From IMG/VR virus record IMGVR_UViG_3300003406_000182, positions 1 through 50,610 of that record: a stretch of 50,610 nt of DNA; one strand, written 5' to 3'. This stretch comes from a virus (lineage: Duplodnaviria > Caudoviricetes). Below are positions 18,197 to 28,187 of this stretch, in pieces (the stretch's first letter is position 1; every line of letters starts with the position of its first letter). A program made the position numbers and the translations under genes. The notes under the pieces are model-generated. The model made no database searches. It was not told the origin of the DNA and worked only from the letters and a program-made list of their open reading frames with translations.

Positions 18197-20173
18197 TTGC
18201 CTCTCGCCCTCGATCCAATTGAAAATGGCGATAGCGGACTCAGCGTCCGACTGAAGCTCAATCAGCTGTTCAACGCCGCTTTGAACGGCGGCCTGCCGGG
18301 GACTATTTCTCCTGAGGATCTGGATGCGGCTTTCGATAAGGTGGCGCCAGACCCGGTAACAAATCTCACCCTCACTTCGACGCTAGATCCGGTGCCCACG
18401 CTCATAGCAACGTGGGATTTCTGCGCAGCCCTCGATTTCGCCTATTACGATCTCCAGATCGCCGAAGGCACGAGCGGCCCGTGGATCAGTCGCACGGGGA
18501 CGGCCGAACGCTATTCGCGATCCGTCCAGGTTGCCACGCTCTATCGTGCCCGCATCCGGGCCTTCGACAAGTCGGGGAACGCATCCGAATTCAGCGATAC
18601 GGTCTCGATCACGATAGCGGGCGACACAATACCCCCTGCCACGCCGATCGATATCAACGTCACTGGCGGTCTCGGCAACGTTTGGCTGAAGTGGATGCCC
18701 AACACGGAAGGCGATTTCGCTTTCTATGAGATATACGAGAGCGGTTCGACAACGACACCCGACAGCAGCGCCGCGGCCACCTACGCCACGGCGAGCGCGA
18801 CCTACGTTCGCAGCGGCATCAGCGGCAAGCAGACGCTCAATTACTGGTTGCGCGCGGTCGATACATCGGGCAACCGGTCGCCGTGGTCCGCTCGGAAACA
18901 GGTGACCACCGAGGCGACGGTTCAAAGCGATATCGTTGCGCTTGACGGTATCCTCTTCACGCCAGCACAGGGCACGGGGAATCGACTGCAATGGACAGCC
19001 GGCACGATCAGTTACGGTCCTCCCGGTGAGAGTCCTACGAGCAAATCGGTTGCCTCGGGGCAGGTAGATTGGGTCAGCGGGACGCTCTACGTCTATTACG
19101 TTCGCGGCGACACGGCGATATCGACCACAACCGATCTCGTGGCTCTTTACACCGCTAATGGGCTGATCCTTGGGATATATAAGGGCGGCGCCGACTTCCA
19201 GTTGGTCGAGGGAAAAGCTAAGATCAACGGTGCTGACGTGCTCGCGCAAACCATTGGCGCGAACGCACTGGTTGCCAACGAGGCGGTCATCACCGGCACA
19301 GCGCAATTGGCCGATGCGATCATATCGAGTGCCAAGATCATTTCGCTCGATGCGGTGAAGATCACCGCCGAAAATATAGCGTCGAATAATGCCCTGATCG
19401 GCCTAATCAACGGTGCGAATGTTGGCATCACGCCTGGGCAAATTGTCATCAGCGGGAACACCAAACTTTCCGATTGGCGGTTCGGCGGCGACAGCACGAA
19501 AATCAACGGTGGTGCGCTTGGAGCCAACAGTGTCGCCACCAATTCCTTGACGGTCGGCAATCGCAACCTGACCTTCGACGGTATCCAGTTCACACCGAAT
19601 TCCACGACCGCCGACATGCTTTCATGGACGGCCGGCACGATCACCTATGTCGGCGACGATGGCACATCGAAAACCGTAAGCATCGCAGCAGGAACGCGCG
19701 GACCATTCAGTGCGAAATACTATCTGACCTGGGCCAAAGACGCCGGCATCATCGACATTACGACCGACGTTGCAGTGGCCTACGCTGCCGACAAGGTGGT
19801 GATCGGCACTTACTCCGGTGGAGATACCCTCTCCGTCACCTGGGGCAGGACGACGATCGAGGGCGGCAACATCAAGGGCATCATGGCCGCCTTCCAGAGC
19901 GGCGATTTTGATACTCTGCGTACCGGCATTCTGGTGGCAGACAGCATCACTGCCCCTATGATGAATGTCGTCAATCTGGCGGCAATCTCTGCCGACCTGG
20001 GGGACATCACAGGTGGCTCACTCAATATTAACAATAGATTCATAGTCGCTGCCGATGGCACGGTGACCATCCAGAACGCGGCGACCGGTGAACGCCTAAT
20101 CATCACCAACTCTATGTTTCAAGTATTTGACGCAAATGGGATCGAACGCGTCAAGTGTGGAGTTTGGAGTTAA
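18197..20173 (+). CDS. Tail fibre / host-specificity protein with two FN3-like domains, a duplicated beta domain and a J-like C-terminus
   Basis: RIRAFDKSGNAS and LRAVDTSGNRS FN3 motifs; internal repeat GILFTP..LQWTAGTISY / GIQFTP..LSWTAGTITY; LAAISADLG.ITGG..RVKCG C-terminus. Confidence 0.75.
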   Translation: MPLALDPIENGDSGLSVRLKLNQLFNAALNGGLPGTISPEDLDAAFDKVAPDPVTNLTLTSTLDPVPTLIATWDFCAALDFAYYDLQIAEGTSGPWISRTGTAERYSRSVQVATLYRARIRAFDKSGNASEFSDTVSITIAGDTIPPATPIDINVTGGLGNVWLKWMPNTEGDFAFYEIYESGSTTTPDSSAAATYATASATYVRSGISGKQTLNYWLRAVDTSGNRSPWSARKQVTTEATVQSDIVALDGILFTPAQGTGNRLQWTAGTISYGPPGESPTSKSVASGQVDWVSGTLYVYYVRGDTAISTTTDLVALYTANGLILGIYKGGADFQLVEGKAKINGADVLAQTIGANALVANEAVITGTAQLADAIISSAKIISLDAVKITAENIASNNALIGLINGANVGITPGQIVISGNTKLSDWRFGGDSTKINGGALGANSVATNSLTVGNRNLTFDGIQFTPNSTTADMLSWTAGTITYVGDDGTSKTVSIAAGTRGPFSAKYYLTWAKDAGIIDITTDVAVAYAADKVVIGTYSGGDTLSVTWGRTTIEGGNIKGIMAAFQSGDFDTLRTGILVADSITAPMMNVVNLAAISADLGDITGGSLNINNRFIVAADGTVTIQNAATGERLIITNSMFQVFDANGIERVKCGVWS

Positions 20174-20511
20174 TGCCGGCCGGCCTGATCACCAGAGACG
20201 CAGCCGGAAACATCCTGCTTGACACGACAACTGCGATGTTTCGGATGCTCGGATTTCTGCATATACGGATGGCGTGGACTTCCGGCAGCACATGGAATGA
20301 TAAAACAGGCAGTCATACCGATCCGGGTCTTTTACTAGGAACACCTTTTTTCTTTTGCCGCCCCGTGGCCTTTCGCCAGATCGATCCTCTTTATAATGGG
20401 TATCTATCCATGTCCGTATCGGGCGTTGTCCTAAGTTGGGAATGGTTCGCAGCGGCTCCAACTGCCAGCAATGAACGTTACTATGATATCGCCTACGGGG
20501 TGCGGTCATGA
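20173..20511 (+). CDS. Small tail-tip accessory protein
   Basis: Coupled TAATG start; MPAGL...DAAGNILLD pattern of genes that follow J-like proteins. Confidence 0.65.
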   Translation: MPAGLITRDAAGNILLDTTTAMFRMLGFLHIRMAWTSGSTWNDKTGSHTDPGLLLGTPFFFCRPVAFRQIDPLYNGYLSMSVSGVVLSWEWFAAAPTASNERYYDIAYGVRS

Positions 20512-21242
20512 CGGCCGGCCTTTTCCTCAAAAATGAGGCTGGCGGCATCCAGATCGATGAGACCTATCCCTCGATCGGCCTGATCGATTCCGGCAATCTG
20601 ACGATAGCGAAAATCAACCACAACAACTGGACTGATACCGGAGGGTCATATGAGTATGGGGCCACCGTTTCGATAGCGGGAACATTTCCGCTTCTGGCCC
20701 TAGGCGGCGACTATATTTGCGGCATCAAATCAACGGTGAACAATGGCGACGGCACATGGACATTCCAGGTTTGTGCTGAGAAAGCGGCCAACAGTCAGGC
20801 GATCCCGTACTACATCTTTGATAACGCGAAGCTCATCGCCGACGAGGGCTGCGGCCTCATTGTCCGAAACGCTGCTGGCGAACTGACCTTCGTCTCGACA
20901 CAAAAGCCCATGCGGCTGGTCGATATAACGAGCGGCGCACTACCGAGCGGGTGGAGCAACAACGTCAATACAAACAAGCGGATATCCACGTGGACGTACC
21001 CCGCTAACCGCGTCTATGCGTTTTCTCCGCTGGCGGCTGCGTACCGGTACAATTGGGCTTTCGGCGGCGGAGCGTTTGAAAGTTGGACCGAATATTTCTA
21101 CGGCGCAAAGCGGATTTCTAACGGGATTCAGGCTGAGGCCCGACTGCTACTTGGCCTGTCCGGCAGCAACCACGACAGCCAGGTGGGAGATTTCGAGACT
21201 CAAAATTATCAGTTCCTCATCTTCGACGTGACGGATTACTGA
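20508..21242 (+). CDS. Tail-tip accessory / receptor-binding protein
   Basis: ATGA overlap; repeated GL...N..G.I.ID / GLIVRNAAGELTF motif. Confidence 0.65.
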   Translation: MTAGLFLKNEAGGIQIDETYPSIGLIDSGNLTIAKINHNNWTDTGGSYEYGATVSIAGTFPLLALGGDYICGIKSTVNNGDGTWTFQVCAEKAANSQAIPYYIFDNAKLIADEGCGLIVRNAAGELTFVSTQKPMRLVDITSGALPSGWSNNVNTNKRISTWTYPANRVYAFSPLAAAYRYNWAFGGGAFESWTEYFYGAKRISNGIQAEARLLLGLSGSNHDSQVGDFETQNYQFLIFDVTDY

Positions 21243-21283
21243 TCGTAAGCGACCGCAGCACTGCCTTTGGTTTAGGAGACCTC

Positions 21284-22138
21284 ATGTCCTTCGCATCGTC
21301 CGAATCCAGCCGCTACAGCGGCAAGCCGGTCACCCTCTATTTGATCCAGGGTGCCGACACCACGGCAGACGTACCTCTCGGTCCATTCGGCTACTGCGAC
21401 GGTGAGATAGACGTTGTGCGCGACGGCATTACCTACAAGCGATGGCCGATCAAGCGAAGCAAGCTCTCTCACGATGGTACACTGGACAAATCCGATGTCA
21501 CGGTAACCCTCGCCCTGGGGACTCAACTGGACGATCTATTCATCGCCTATCCACCATCGCAGGTTGTCAACCTGACCATCTTCGAAGGGCATGTCGGCGA
21601 GACCGTGACACCCGACAGCTACCCTGCGGTCTGGCTCGGACGTGCCCTCTCTGCCTCGCGCAAGGAAAACGAACTGGAGCTTTCCTGCCAGCCGGTATCC
21701 ACGTCGATCAAGCGCATCGGCCTGCGGCGCAACTATCAGATCGGATGCCCGCTCGTGCTCTACGGTCCCCAATGCCGCGCCGACAAAGGTGCCGCGACCG
21801 TGACCCGAAAGTTCGTTTCTTCCACCGGCTCGCAGATCACCGTCGATCAGGGGCTCGGATCGAACTTCGCGCAGTATGTCGGAGGGCTTCTCGAATGGAG
21901 CCGCGCGGACAACGGGATGAAGGAGTTGCGAACGATCGCGAACGTCTCCAGTAACGGTCTGACGCTTACCATCCGCGGCCTCGTGCGCGGCCTCGCACCT
22001 GGCACTGACCTGTCCGTCATCCGTGGCTGCAACCGGCAGATGAGCGGATGCAACCAACACAACAACATTCAGAACTACGGAGGTCAGCCTTTCATACCGC
22101 TCGAAAACCCGCTCTCGCAGAAAAATCAGTTCTACTAA
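21284..22138 (+). CDS. BR0599/DUF2163-family tail hub protein (Fe-S-type cysteines)
   Basis: GLRRNYQIGCPLVLYGPQC and GCNRQMSGC...NNIQNYGGQPFIP motifs. Confidence 0.9.
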   Translation: MSFASSESSRYSGKPVTLYLIQGADTTADVPLGPFGYCDGEIDVVRDGITYKRWPIKRSKLSHDGTLDKSDVTVTLALGTQLDDLFIAYPPSQVVNLTIFEGHVGETVTPDSYPAVWLGRALSASRKENELELSCQPVSTSIKRIGLRRNYQIGCPLVLYGPQCRADKGAATVTRKFVSSTGSQITVDQGLGSNFAQYVGGLLEWSRADNGMKELRTIANVSSNGLTLTIRGLVRGLAPGTDLSVIRGCNRQMSGCNQHNNIQNYGGQPFIPLENPLSQKNQFY

Positions 22139-22186
22139 AATCACTTTTTACGTGATATACACGTAGAACTCACGCGGAGTCCTTTC

Positions 22187-22429
22187 TTGGTTTTCCAGTT
22201 GATCCCTCTCCTGATCCAGCTCGTCGTAGGGCTGGCTATCTCGGTCATCGGCTACATCATCATGCCGAAACCGAAGAGCCAAAAGCCGTCCGAGGTTCAG
22301 GACATGGACAATCCCACGGCCGAGGCTGGTCGCCCCATACCGGTTGTCTTCGGCGAGTTGTGGGTCACGGGTGTCAACATCATCTGGTTCGGCGACAAGG
22401 AAACCACCAGCCGCAAGGTGAAGGCATGA
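22187..22429 (+). CDS. Small tail assembly protein
   Basis: Hydrophobic N-terminus then PTAEAGRPIPVVFG...VTGVNIIWFGD. Confidence 0.8.
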   Translation: MVFQLIPLLIQLVVGLAISVIGYIIMPKPKSQKPSEVQDMDNPTAEAGRPIPVVFGELWVTGVNIIWFGDKETTSRKVKA

Positions 22430-22623
22430 ACGGCGACCCGTTGATCACCATCGGGGATGTCCGCCCTTTCTACTGCGTCAGGGGGGCCAAGAAGGCGTTC
22501 GACCGGGCTGGCGTGGACTTTGCCAGCTTCGTCAAGCACGGGGCAAAGGCGTCCGAACTGCGCGGGCACGGCTTCGACGCCATGGTCGATCGTGTTGTCG
22601 AAGCCATCGAGAGGCGCGGCTGA
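22426..22623 (+). CDS. Small tail assembly protein
   Basis: ATGA overlap; YCVRGAK..F...G.DF..FVKHG motif. Confidence 0.75.
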   Translation: MNGDPLITIGDVRPFYCVRGAKKAFDRAGVDFASFVKHGAKASELRGHGFDAMVDRVVEAIERRG

Positions 22624-22626
22624 CCG

Positions 22627-25116
22627 ATGGGCATGAGCGGTAAGAGCGGCGGCAAGATCGAAGTCTACGACTACACGATGTCGATCCATATGGGCGTTTG
22701 CGCTGCCGGTGAAGGTATCGAACTGATCGCACTCAAATACGGCGACAAGGAAATGTGGCGCGGCAGCCTCACCGCCGCCGAGACCGTCGCAATCAACAAA
22801 CCGGACTTGTTCGGAGGATCGAAGAAGGAGGGCGGCGTAAAAGGAGCCGCATGGTGGCTGCCTGGCGACCCCAACCAAACCACGCCGGAATCCCTAGCGT
22901 CCCGCCTGGGTCTGACGACGGCCACGTGCCCCGGCTTCCGCGGACTCGCATCGGTATTCTTCACCGGGACGCGCAACTCGGCCGAAGAAATGTCTTCGGG
23001 ACTTCTTTCGCTGTTGGGGGGCGCGCCTGCAAACAACAAGAAGGGCTTCTATTGGGGATCGAACAACCCCTACCTGCGTGCCCTGGCAGCCCGTGTCCGA
23101 CGCCCCTCGATCGGTCTCAATCCCGCCTACGCGATGATCCGCATGCCGAACGACTCGCAGGGCAATCAGCAATATGCCTCGAACCCCGCGCACATGGTCT
23201 ATGAGGCACTGACCAATACCGAATGGGGCATGGGTGAGAATCCCGCGGTCATCGACAAGGACTCTTTCGAAGACGCAGCCGTCACGCTCTTCAACGAGGG
23301 CTTCGGACTCAACATGATCTGGACCCGGCAGAGTGAGGTCGGGAAGTTCATCGGTGAGATCAACACCCACATACAGGCCGCTCTTTTCGTCCGCCCATCC
23401 ACGGGCAAACACACCCTCAAGTTGCTGCGCGCGGATTACGATGTCGATCAACTGCCGGTCATCAACCCCGGCAACGCGGTCCTATCGTCATTCAAGCGAA
23501 AGGCTTGGGGAGAAATCGCCAACGAAGTCGTCGTGACGATGACGAATTCGGAGAACGGCACGGACGAGACTGTCACGGCGCAGGATCTCGCCGGCATCGC
23601 CGCCGAGGGAGGCATCGTCTCATCGTCGCAGAACTATTACGGCATCACGTCACAGCCGCTTGCCATCCAGGTTGCCGAACGCGATCTAGCGGCATCGGTC
23701 AATCCCATTGCCACCTGCGAAGCGGTCGTAACGCGGCAATTCTGGAACACGGTCAGCAGCGATGTTGTCCTGCTCAACTGGCCCGAATACGGCATCGAAT
23801 TGCTGGTCTTCCGTGTTTCGCAGGTGGACAAGGACGATCACACCGTCACACTCGAACTCTACGAAGACATCTTCGGGCTCGACAAGGCCAGTTATTTGGC
23901 GAGCGGCGGAAGTGAGTGGGAGAATCCCTCGCAGCCGCCGTCGCCTGCTACGCGTTACCAGATCGGTACGGCGCCTGCGTTCATGATGGTGGGCGAACTC
24001 AATCTCGATGACGCGTCGGAACTGGAATACCCGCAGGCCATGAGTGCGCTGACGGTCGGAGCCGACAGCGACGACGACTTGAATTACGACCTCGTTTCCT
24101 ACGTCACCGATGTCAACGGCACCGTCAGCAAGTCGGTTCTCGGAACGCGTCCCTATCGCAGCAATTGGGTTCTGCTCAACGGTCTACCGGCCGAGGTGGT
24201 CTCGGTGCTCCCCGAGTTGTCGGGGCTCCGCGGCGCCGATCTGGAACCGGGCGACTTCGTGGTGATTGGAACGGGTACTGACGAGTATACCGAAATCTGC
24301 ACCGTGCAGTCGATCGACGTGGATGGGTATCACCTGAATCGCGGCATGCTTGATACCGTTCCGCGGGCATGGGGCGCGGGTACACGGGCCTTCGGCATTC
24401 CCTCGGCGGCGGCCGTCGCTGACTCGACGCTGCGTGCGTCAAATGAAGCGGTCCCCTATTGGCTGTTGCCGCGCACGACAGCGGGCGTTCTCGGTCTCGA
24501 CGACGCTCCGCAAATCAACATCACTCTTAGCGAGCGCCCCTACTTTCCGATCCGGCCCGCCGACGTGAAGGTCAACGGTGTGGCGTTCGTCCCGGTAACA
24601 ATCCACGCGGCCGACGATTTCGTGGTCTCATGGGCAAACCGCAACCGCATCCTCGAAAGCGTCCAGGCGCTCAAGTGGACAGACGCCGACATTGCTCCAG
24701 AAGCCGGTCAGACTACCCGTTTGACCGTTGCCGCGCTGGACGGCACGACGATCAAGACATACGGCGGCTTGACAGGCACGTCCTATTCAATCCCGCGCGC
24801 CGACCTCGGCACCCTAGCCAAGGGGAAACTAGTCGTTTCCGCCGAACGTGATTCCTATTCGTCACTTCAGGCTTACACGATCAGCGTCTCGCTCGGCTCG
24901 CTCAAAATCGGTTCAATCGAGTTTGGCGCCGCATCAACATTCGCGGCATCGCGGAAGATGAACTACCGCCGCGCAATTGCTTTCAACGCAGTCACGGCTC
25001 TCGTCGCAACGCACGGCGAGAAGTTGCTTGCGACCGCAAACTTCGTTTCGACATCCAGCTTCAACACAACACCAGCAACCGGCTTTGATGGCGGTTTCGA
25101 CAGCGGCTTCCGCTGA
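22627..25116 (+). CDS. Central tail tip protein
   Basis: INKPDLFGG.KKEGGV.G, CPGFRGL, NNPYL, NPAHMVYE.LTN.EWGMG and RGMLDTVP motifs. Confidence 0.88.
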   Translation: MGMSGKSGGKIEVYDYTMSIHMGVCAAGEGIELIALKYGDKEMWRGSLTAAETVAINKPDLFGGSKKEGGVKGAAWWLPGDPNQTTPESLASRLGLTTATCPGFRGLASVFFTGTRNSAEEMSSGLLSLLGGAPANNKKGFYWGSNNPYLRALAARVRRPSIGLNPAYAMIRMPNDSQGNQQYASNPAHMVYEALTNTEWGMGENPAVIDKDSFEDAAVTLFNEGFGLNMIWTRQSEVGKFIGEINTHIQAALFVRPSTGKHTLKLLRADYDVDQLPVINPGNAVLSSFKRKAWGEIANEVVVTMTNSENGTDETVTAQDLAGIAAEGGIVSSSQNYYGITSQPLAIQVAERDLAASVNPIATCEAVVTRQFWNTVSSDVVLLNWPEYGIELLVFRVSQVDKDDHTVTLELYEDIFGLDKASYLASGGSEWENPSQPPSPATRYQIGTAPAFMMVGELNLDDASELEYPQAMSALTVGADSDDDLNYDLVSYVTDVNGTVSKSVLGTRPYRSNWVLLNGLPAEVVSVLPELSGLRGADLEPGDFVVIGTGTDEYTEICTVQSIDVDGYHLNRGMLDTVPRAWGAGTRAFGIPSAAAVADSTLRASNEAVPYWLLPRTTAGVLGLDDAPQINITLSERPYFPIRPADVKVNGVAFVPVTIHAADDFVVSWANRNRILESVQALKWTDADIAPEAGQTTRLTVAALDGTTIKTYGGLTGTSYSIPRADLGTLAKGKLVVSAERDSYSSLQAYTISVSLGSLKIGSIEFGAASTFAASRKMNYRRAIAFNAVTALVATHGEKLLATANFVSTSSFNTTPATGFDGGFDSGFR

Positions 25117-25134
25117 TCTGAAAGGAGTTAACCC

Positions 25135-25518
25135 ATGGCAAGTTTTTCCGACTACCTTGAGAACAAGCTTCTCAATCACGTCTTCCGCAATACGGCCTAT
25201 ACGCCGCCCACAACTCTTTATCTCGCGCTCTTCACGAGTGCGCCGGCTGACGCGGGCGGGGGAACCGAAGTCAGCGGTGGCGGCTATGCGCGGCAGGCGC
25301 TCAGTTTTGCGGCAGCGGCAAGTGGATCGATCGCGTCCAACGCAGCAGTCTCCTTCACGGCGAGCGGCGCAGATTTCGGAACGGTAGTTGCGACGGGTAT
25401 TTTCGATGCGCTCACCGGGGGCAATCTCATCACCTGGGCAGCGATGACACCGGCAACCGTCGACAACGCCGACACGCTCGCCTTCAATGCAGGCGATGTC
25501 GTCCAGACGCTCGACTAG
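25135..25518 (+). CDS. Phage tail fibre-associated structural protein
   Basis: SDYLENKLLNH, YLALFT and TEVSGGGYARQ motifs; AAAGGAG RBS. Confidence 0.75.
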   Translation: MASFSDYLENKLLNHVFRNTAYTPPTTLYLALFTSAPADAGGGTEVSGGGYARQALSFAAAASGSIASNAAVSFTASGADFGTVVATGIFDALTGGNLITWAAMTPATVDNADTLAFNAGDVVQTLD

Positions 25519-25528
25519 GATTTAAACA

Positions 25529-26584
25529 ATGACGGTAAAATCACGTTCTGTAATCAAGTCTGAGGCGACTTCGCTTCTTCCTGATAATACATCGGGGGCG
25601 ATCTCTCCTGCGGATGTTCGGCAAAGGTTTCTGGATATTGCCGACAGCGCGGTGTTGCCGGAAGATATTCACGCTGCGGCTGGCAAGCCGACCCCCGTCG
25701 ATGCGGACGAGATTCCCCTTGTCGACAGCGCGGCGTCGTTCGGGCTGGCGAAGTTCACATGGGCGACCGTGAAGGCATCTCTTAAGTCCTACACGGACAC
25801 GCTTTACCTCAGTACGACACTGGCCCGTCGCGAAGTTCTCACCGCCAGCAGGACCTATTACGTTGCCACGGCCGGCTCCGACAGCAATGACGGGTTGACC
25901 TCCGGCACGGCGTTCCTGACCATTCAGAAAGCCGTCAACGTCGTTCTTGGGCTTGACCTGTCCACCTACAATGTCACTATCCAGGTTGCTGACGGAACCT
26001 ATACAGGATCGACCAGCGTAAACGCGCCGTTTGTTGGCAGCGGCACCGTGACGATCCAAGGCAACCCGACGACGCCGGCAAACTGCCTGATTAATCCGGC
26101 AACCGGTGGGTTTTACGCCAGCAAGGGCGCCCAGATCAGCCTCTCCGGATTTAAGGTGACCCCCGGTTCATCTGCAATTTCGGCCGATGGCACCGGAACA
26201 ATCATCACCCTGACCGGCAACATGGATTTTGGCACTGCTACAAACAACCACATGGCGGTGACTGCTGGCGGTACCATCATCGTCAACGCCAACTATACTA
26301 TTTCCGGCTCCGCGCAGGTCCACTGGAATTCTGATGGACTGAGCGTCATAAACTGCATTGGCCGCACGATCACATTGACGGGCACGCCGGCTTTTGCGCC
26401 CTGTTTTGCCCTAGCCGGGCAGATTGCGTTTATCAAATGCTATAGTTGCACGTTCACAGGCTCGGCCACCGGACCTCGATATAATGTGGGTTACAACTCG
26501 GTCATCCACACCAACGGCGGCGGCGAGAGTTACCTGCCCGGTAGTTCGAATGGCTCGGCTGCGAACGGAGGCCTCTATCGATGA
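25529..26584 (+). CDS. Tail fibre / spike with a beta-helix-like C-terminal domain
   Basis: K.TPVDAD..PLVDSAAS, YYVATAGSDSNDG...AF.TIQKAV and IQVADGTY motifs. Confidence 0.8.
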   Translation: MTVKSRSVIKSEATSLLPDNTSGAISPADVRQRFLDIADSAVLPEDIHAAAGKPTPVDADEIPLVDSAASFGLAKFTWATVKASLKSYTDTLYLSTTLARREVLTASRTYYVATAGSDSNDGLTSGTAFLTIQKAVNVVLGLDLSTYNVTIQVADGTYTGSTSVNAPFVGSGTVTIQGNPTTPANCLINPATGGFYASKGAQISLSGFKVTPGSSAISADGTGTIITLTGNMDFGTATNNHMAVTAGGTIIVNANYTISGSAQVHWNSDGLSVINCIGRTITLTGTPAFAPCFALAGQIAFIKCYSCTFTGSATGPRYNVGYNSVIHTNGGGESYLPGSSNGSAANGGLYR

Positions 26585-27099
26585 CCTACGATCCCGCAAA
26601 CTGGTTCTGGCGTGTCGCTGGACGAACCGATTACTGGTCGAGCGCGGCCGCCGCCTATGTCGAGACGCTGCCGGAAAGCGCTGGCCTGACCAATATTGCC
26701 AGCGAGGAAGAGCTTTCGGATGTGCTGCGCCCTTATGGCTTGCGCGGGCCGGTCGTAGCCAGCGAGGACGTCAACGCCGAGCGCGACAGGCGTATCGTTG
26801 CGGGCAAGACCATCAACGGGATCGCCGTCACCGGCAGGGATGAGGATGCGCGCAACCTGACCAATCTGGCGATTGCGGCGCAGCTTCGCCTGACCTCGGC
26901 CGACACGACCACGCTGACCACGTTCCGAGACGGAAACAACACCGACCACGATCTGACGCCAGCCGAGATGCTGGCGCTATGGCAGGCTTCAGCGGCTTAC
27001 GTCAGCGCGCTCTATGCGGCGTCGTGGGTGATCAAGGCGCTGGATCCGATCCCGGCAGATTTTGCTGCAGACGCGCGGTGGCCGTCGACGACGGGGTAG
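26581..27099 (+). CDS. Tail fibre assembly protein (DUF4376-like)
   Basis: VNAERDRRI..G, FRD.NN..H.LT and IP.DFA.D.RWP motifs; coupled to the fibre gene. Confidence 0.75.
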   Translation: MTYDPANWFWRVAGRTDYWSSAAAAYVETLPESAGLTNIASEEELSDVLRPYGLRGPVVASEDVNAERDRRIVAGKTINGIAVTGRDEDARNLTNLAIAAQLRLTSADTTTLTTFRDGNNTDHDLTPAEMLALWQASAAYVSALYAASWVIKALDPIPADFAADARWPSTTG

Positions 27100-27194
27100 C
27101 GGCATGTCACGTAAAACTAGAAATCACGTTTAACGTGACTCTCACGCGAAAGTGTGTCATGTGTAGTGGCAATTATGGATTCTTCGGCGAGACG

Positions 27195-27461
27195 ATGGAC
27201 CTGATTGTGCAATATTGGCCGCAACTCGTAGCCCTCGTACTCGCTACCACGTGGATGGTGCGCCTTGAAGGCCGCATCAACACCAACGGCAAGCTCATCG
27301 ACAACCTCCGTACCAGTCGGAAGGAAGATCTGGACGCTGCCAGGGAAGCCCGAGAGGCCACCAATTCGCGGCTCGATCGCCTCGATACCAAGCTGGACAG
27401 CATCTTCAGCGAAATTCGAGGCGATCTGAAATTGCTCTTTACCAAGGGCACGCACGAATGA
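27195..27461 (+). CDS. Small membrane protein (holin/antiholin-like)
   Basis: One N-terminal TM segment plus coiled coil; first gene after a TCAC-box region and coupled to the lysis genes. Confidence 0.6.
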   Translation: MDLIVQYWPQLVALVLATTWMVRLEGRINTNGKLIDNLRTSRKEDLDAAREAREATNSRLDRLDTKLDSIFSEIRGDLKLLFTKGTHE

Positions 27462-27688
27462 AGCTCATCAAAGACTGGAAACTGGTTCTCAAACACGCGA
27501 GATCGGTTCATTTCACCGTCCTGGCGCTCGTTTGCTGGATTTTCATGGCGCTTGATTCCGCGTGCAGCGCCGCGTGCGGCTTCCTTCCCATTCCCCCTTT
27601 CGCTCTCGCCCTCGTGTCGTTCTGCCTGACCTTGGCGGCGCTCGCGGCGCGCTTCATCTATCAGGAGAAATGTCATGCGGGCTCGTAG
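27458..27688 (+). CDS. Putative holin
   Basis: MKLIKDWK.VLK.A.S..., two TM segments, AR...Q C-terminus; overlaps the endolysin. Confidence 0.7.
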   Translation: MKLIKDWKLVLKHARSVHFTVLALVCWIFMALDSACSAACGFLPIPPFALALVSFCLTLAALAARFIYQEKCHAGS

Positions 27689-28187
27689 CCGTTATCTTTC
27701 CGGTGCAACTGGTGTTGTCCTGCTTGCGACCGCCGCAGCCTACACCGGTAGTTGGGAAGGGGAACGCCTGGTCGCTTATCGTGACTCCGGTGGCGTCCCC
27801 ACGATCTGCAACGGTCATACGGGACCGGATGTCTACATGGGCCTCCGTCTCACCCATGCGCAGTGCGAGGAAATCTTCAAGCAAGACCTCATCGCTCACG
27901 AGACAAGATTGCTCGCCTGCGCGCCCGAACTCGCCGATCCGAAACGCGTTCCCGACGACTCCTATGTCGCGATCAACGATTGGGCGTTCAACGTCGGCAC
28001 GGGCGCGGCCTGCAAGTCCACCCTCATCCGCAAGGTGAAGGCCGGCGATCTACGGGGCGCCTGCAATGAGCTCAGCCGATGGGTCTACGTCAACGGCAAC
28101 GCGATCGCAGGTCTCGTCAACCGCCGCGTTAAGGGGACGCCGGGGCGCATCAGCGAACGGGCGTTGTGCCTGCGGGGGTTGGGGTAG
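27675..28187 (+). CDS. Endolysin, GH24 lysozyme with a SAR-like N-terminus
   Basis: E-x8-D-x5-T triad (WEGERLVAYRDSGGVPTIC), FNVG and GLVNRR; weakly hydrophobic Gly/Ala N-terminus. Confidence 0.93.
   Translation: MRARSRYLSGATGVVLLATAAAYTGSWEGERLVAYRDSGGVPTICNGHTGPDVYMGLRLTHAQCEEIFKQDLIAHETRLLACAPELADPKRVPDDSYVAINDWAFNVGTGAACKSTLIRKVKAGDLRGACNELSRWVYVNGNAIAGLVNRRVKGTPGRISERALCLRGLG

Noticed and set aside
18197-27099. Diversity-generating retroelement or invertible tail-fibre switch
   Set aside because: No reverse transcriptase, invertase, template/variable repeat pair or inverted crossover sites seen
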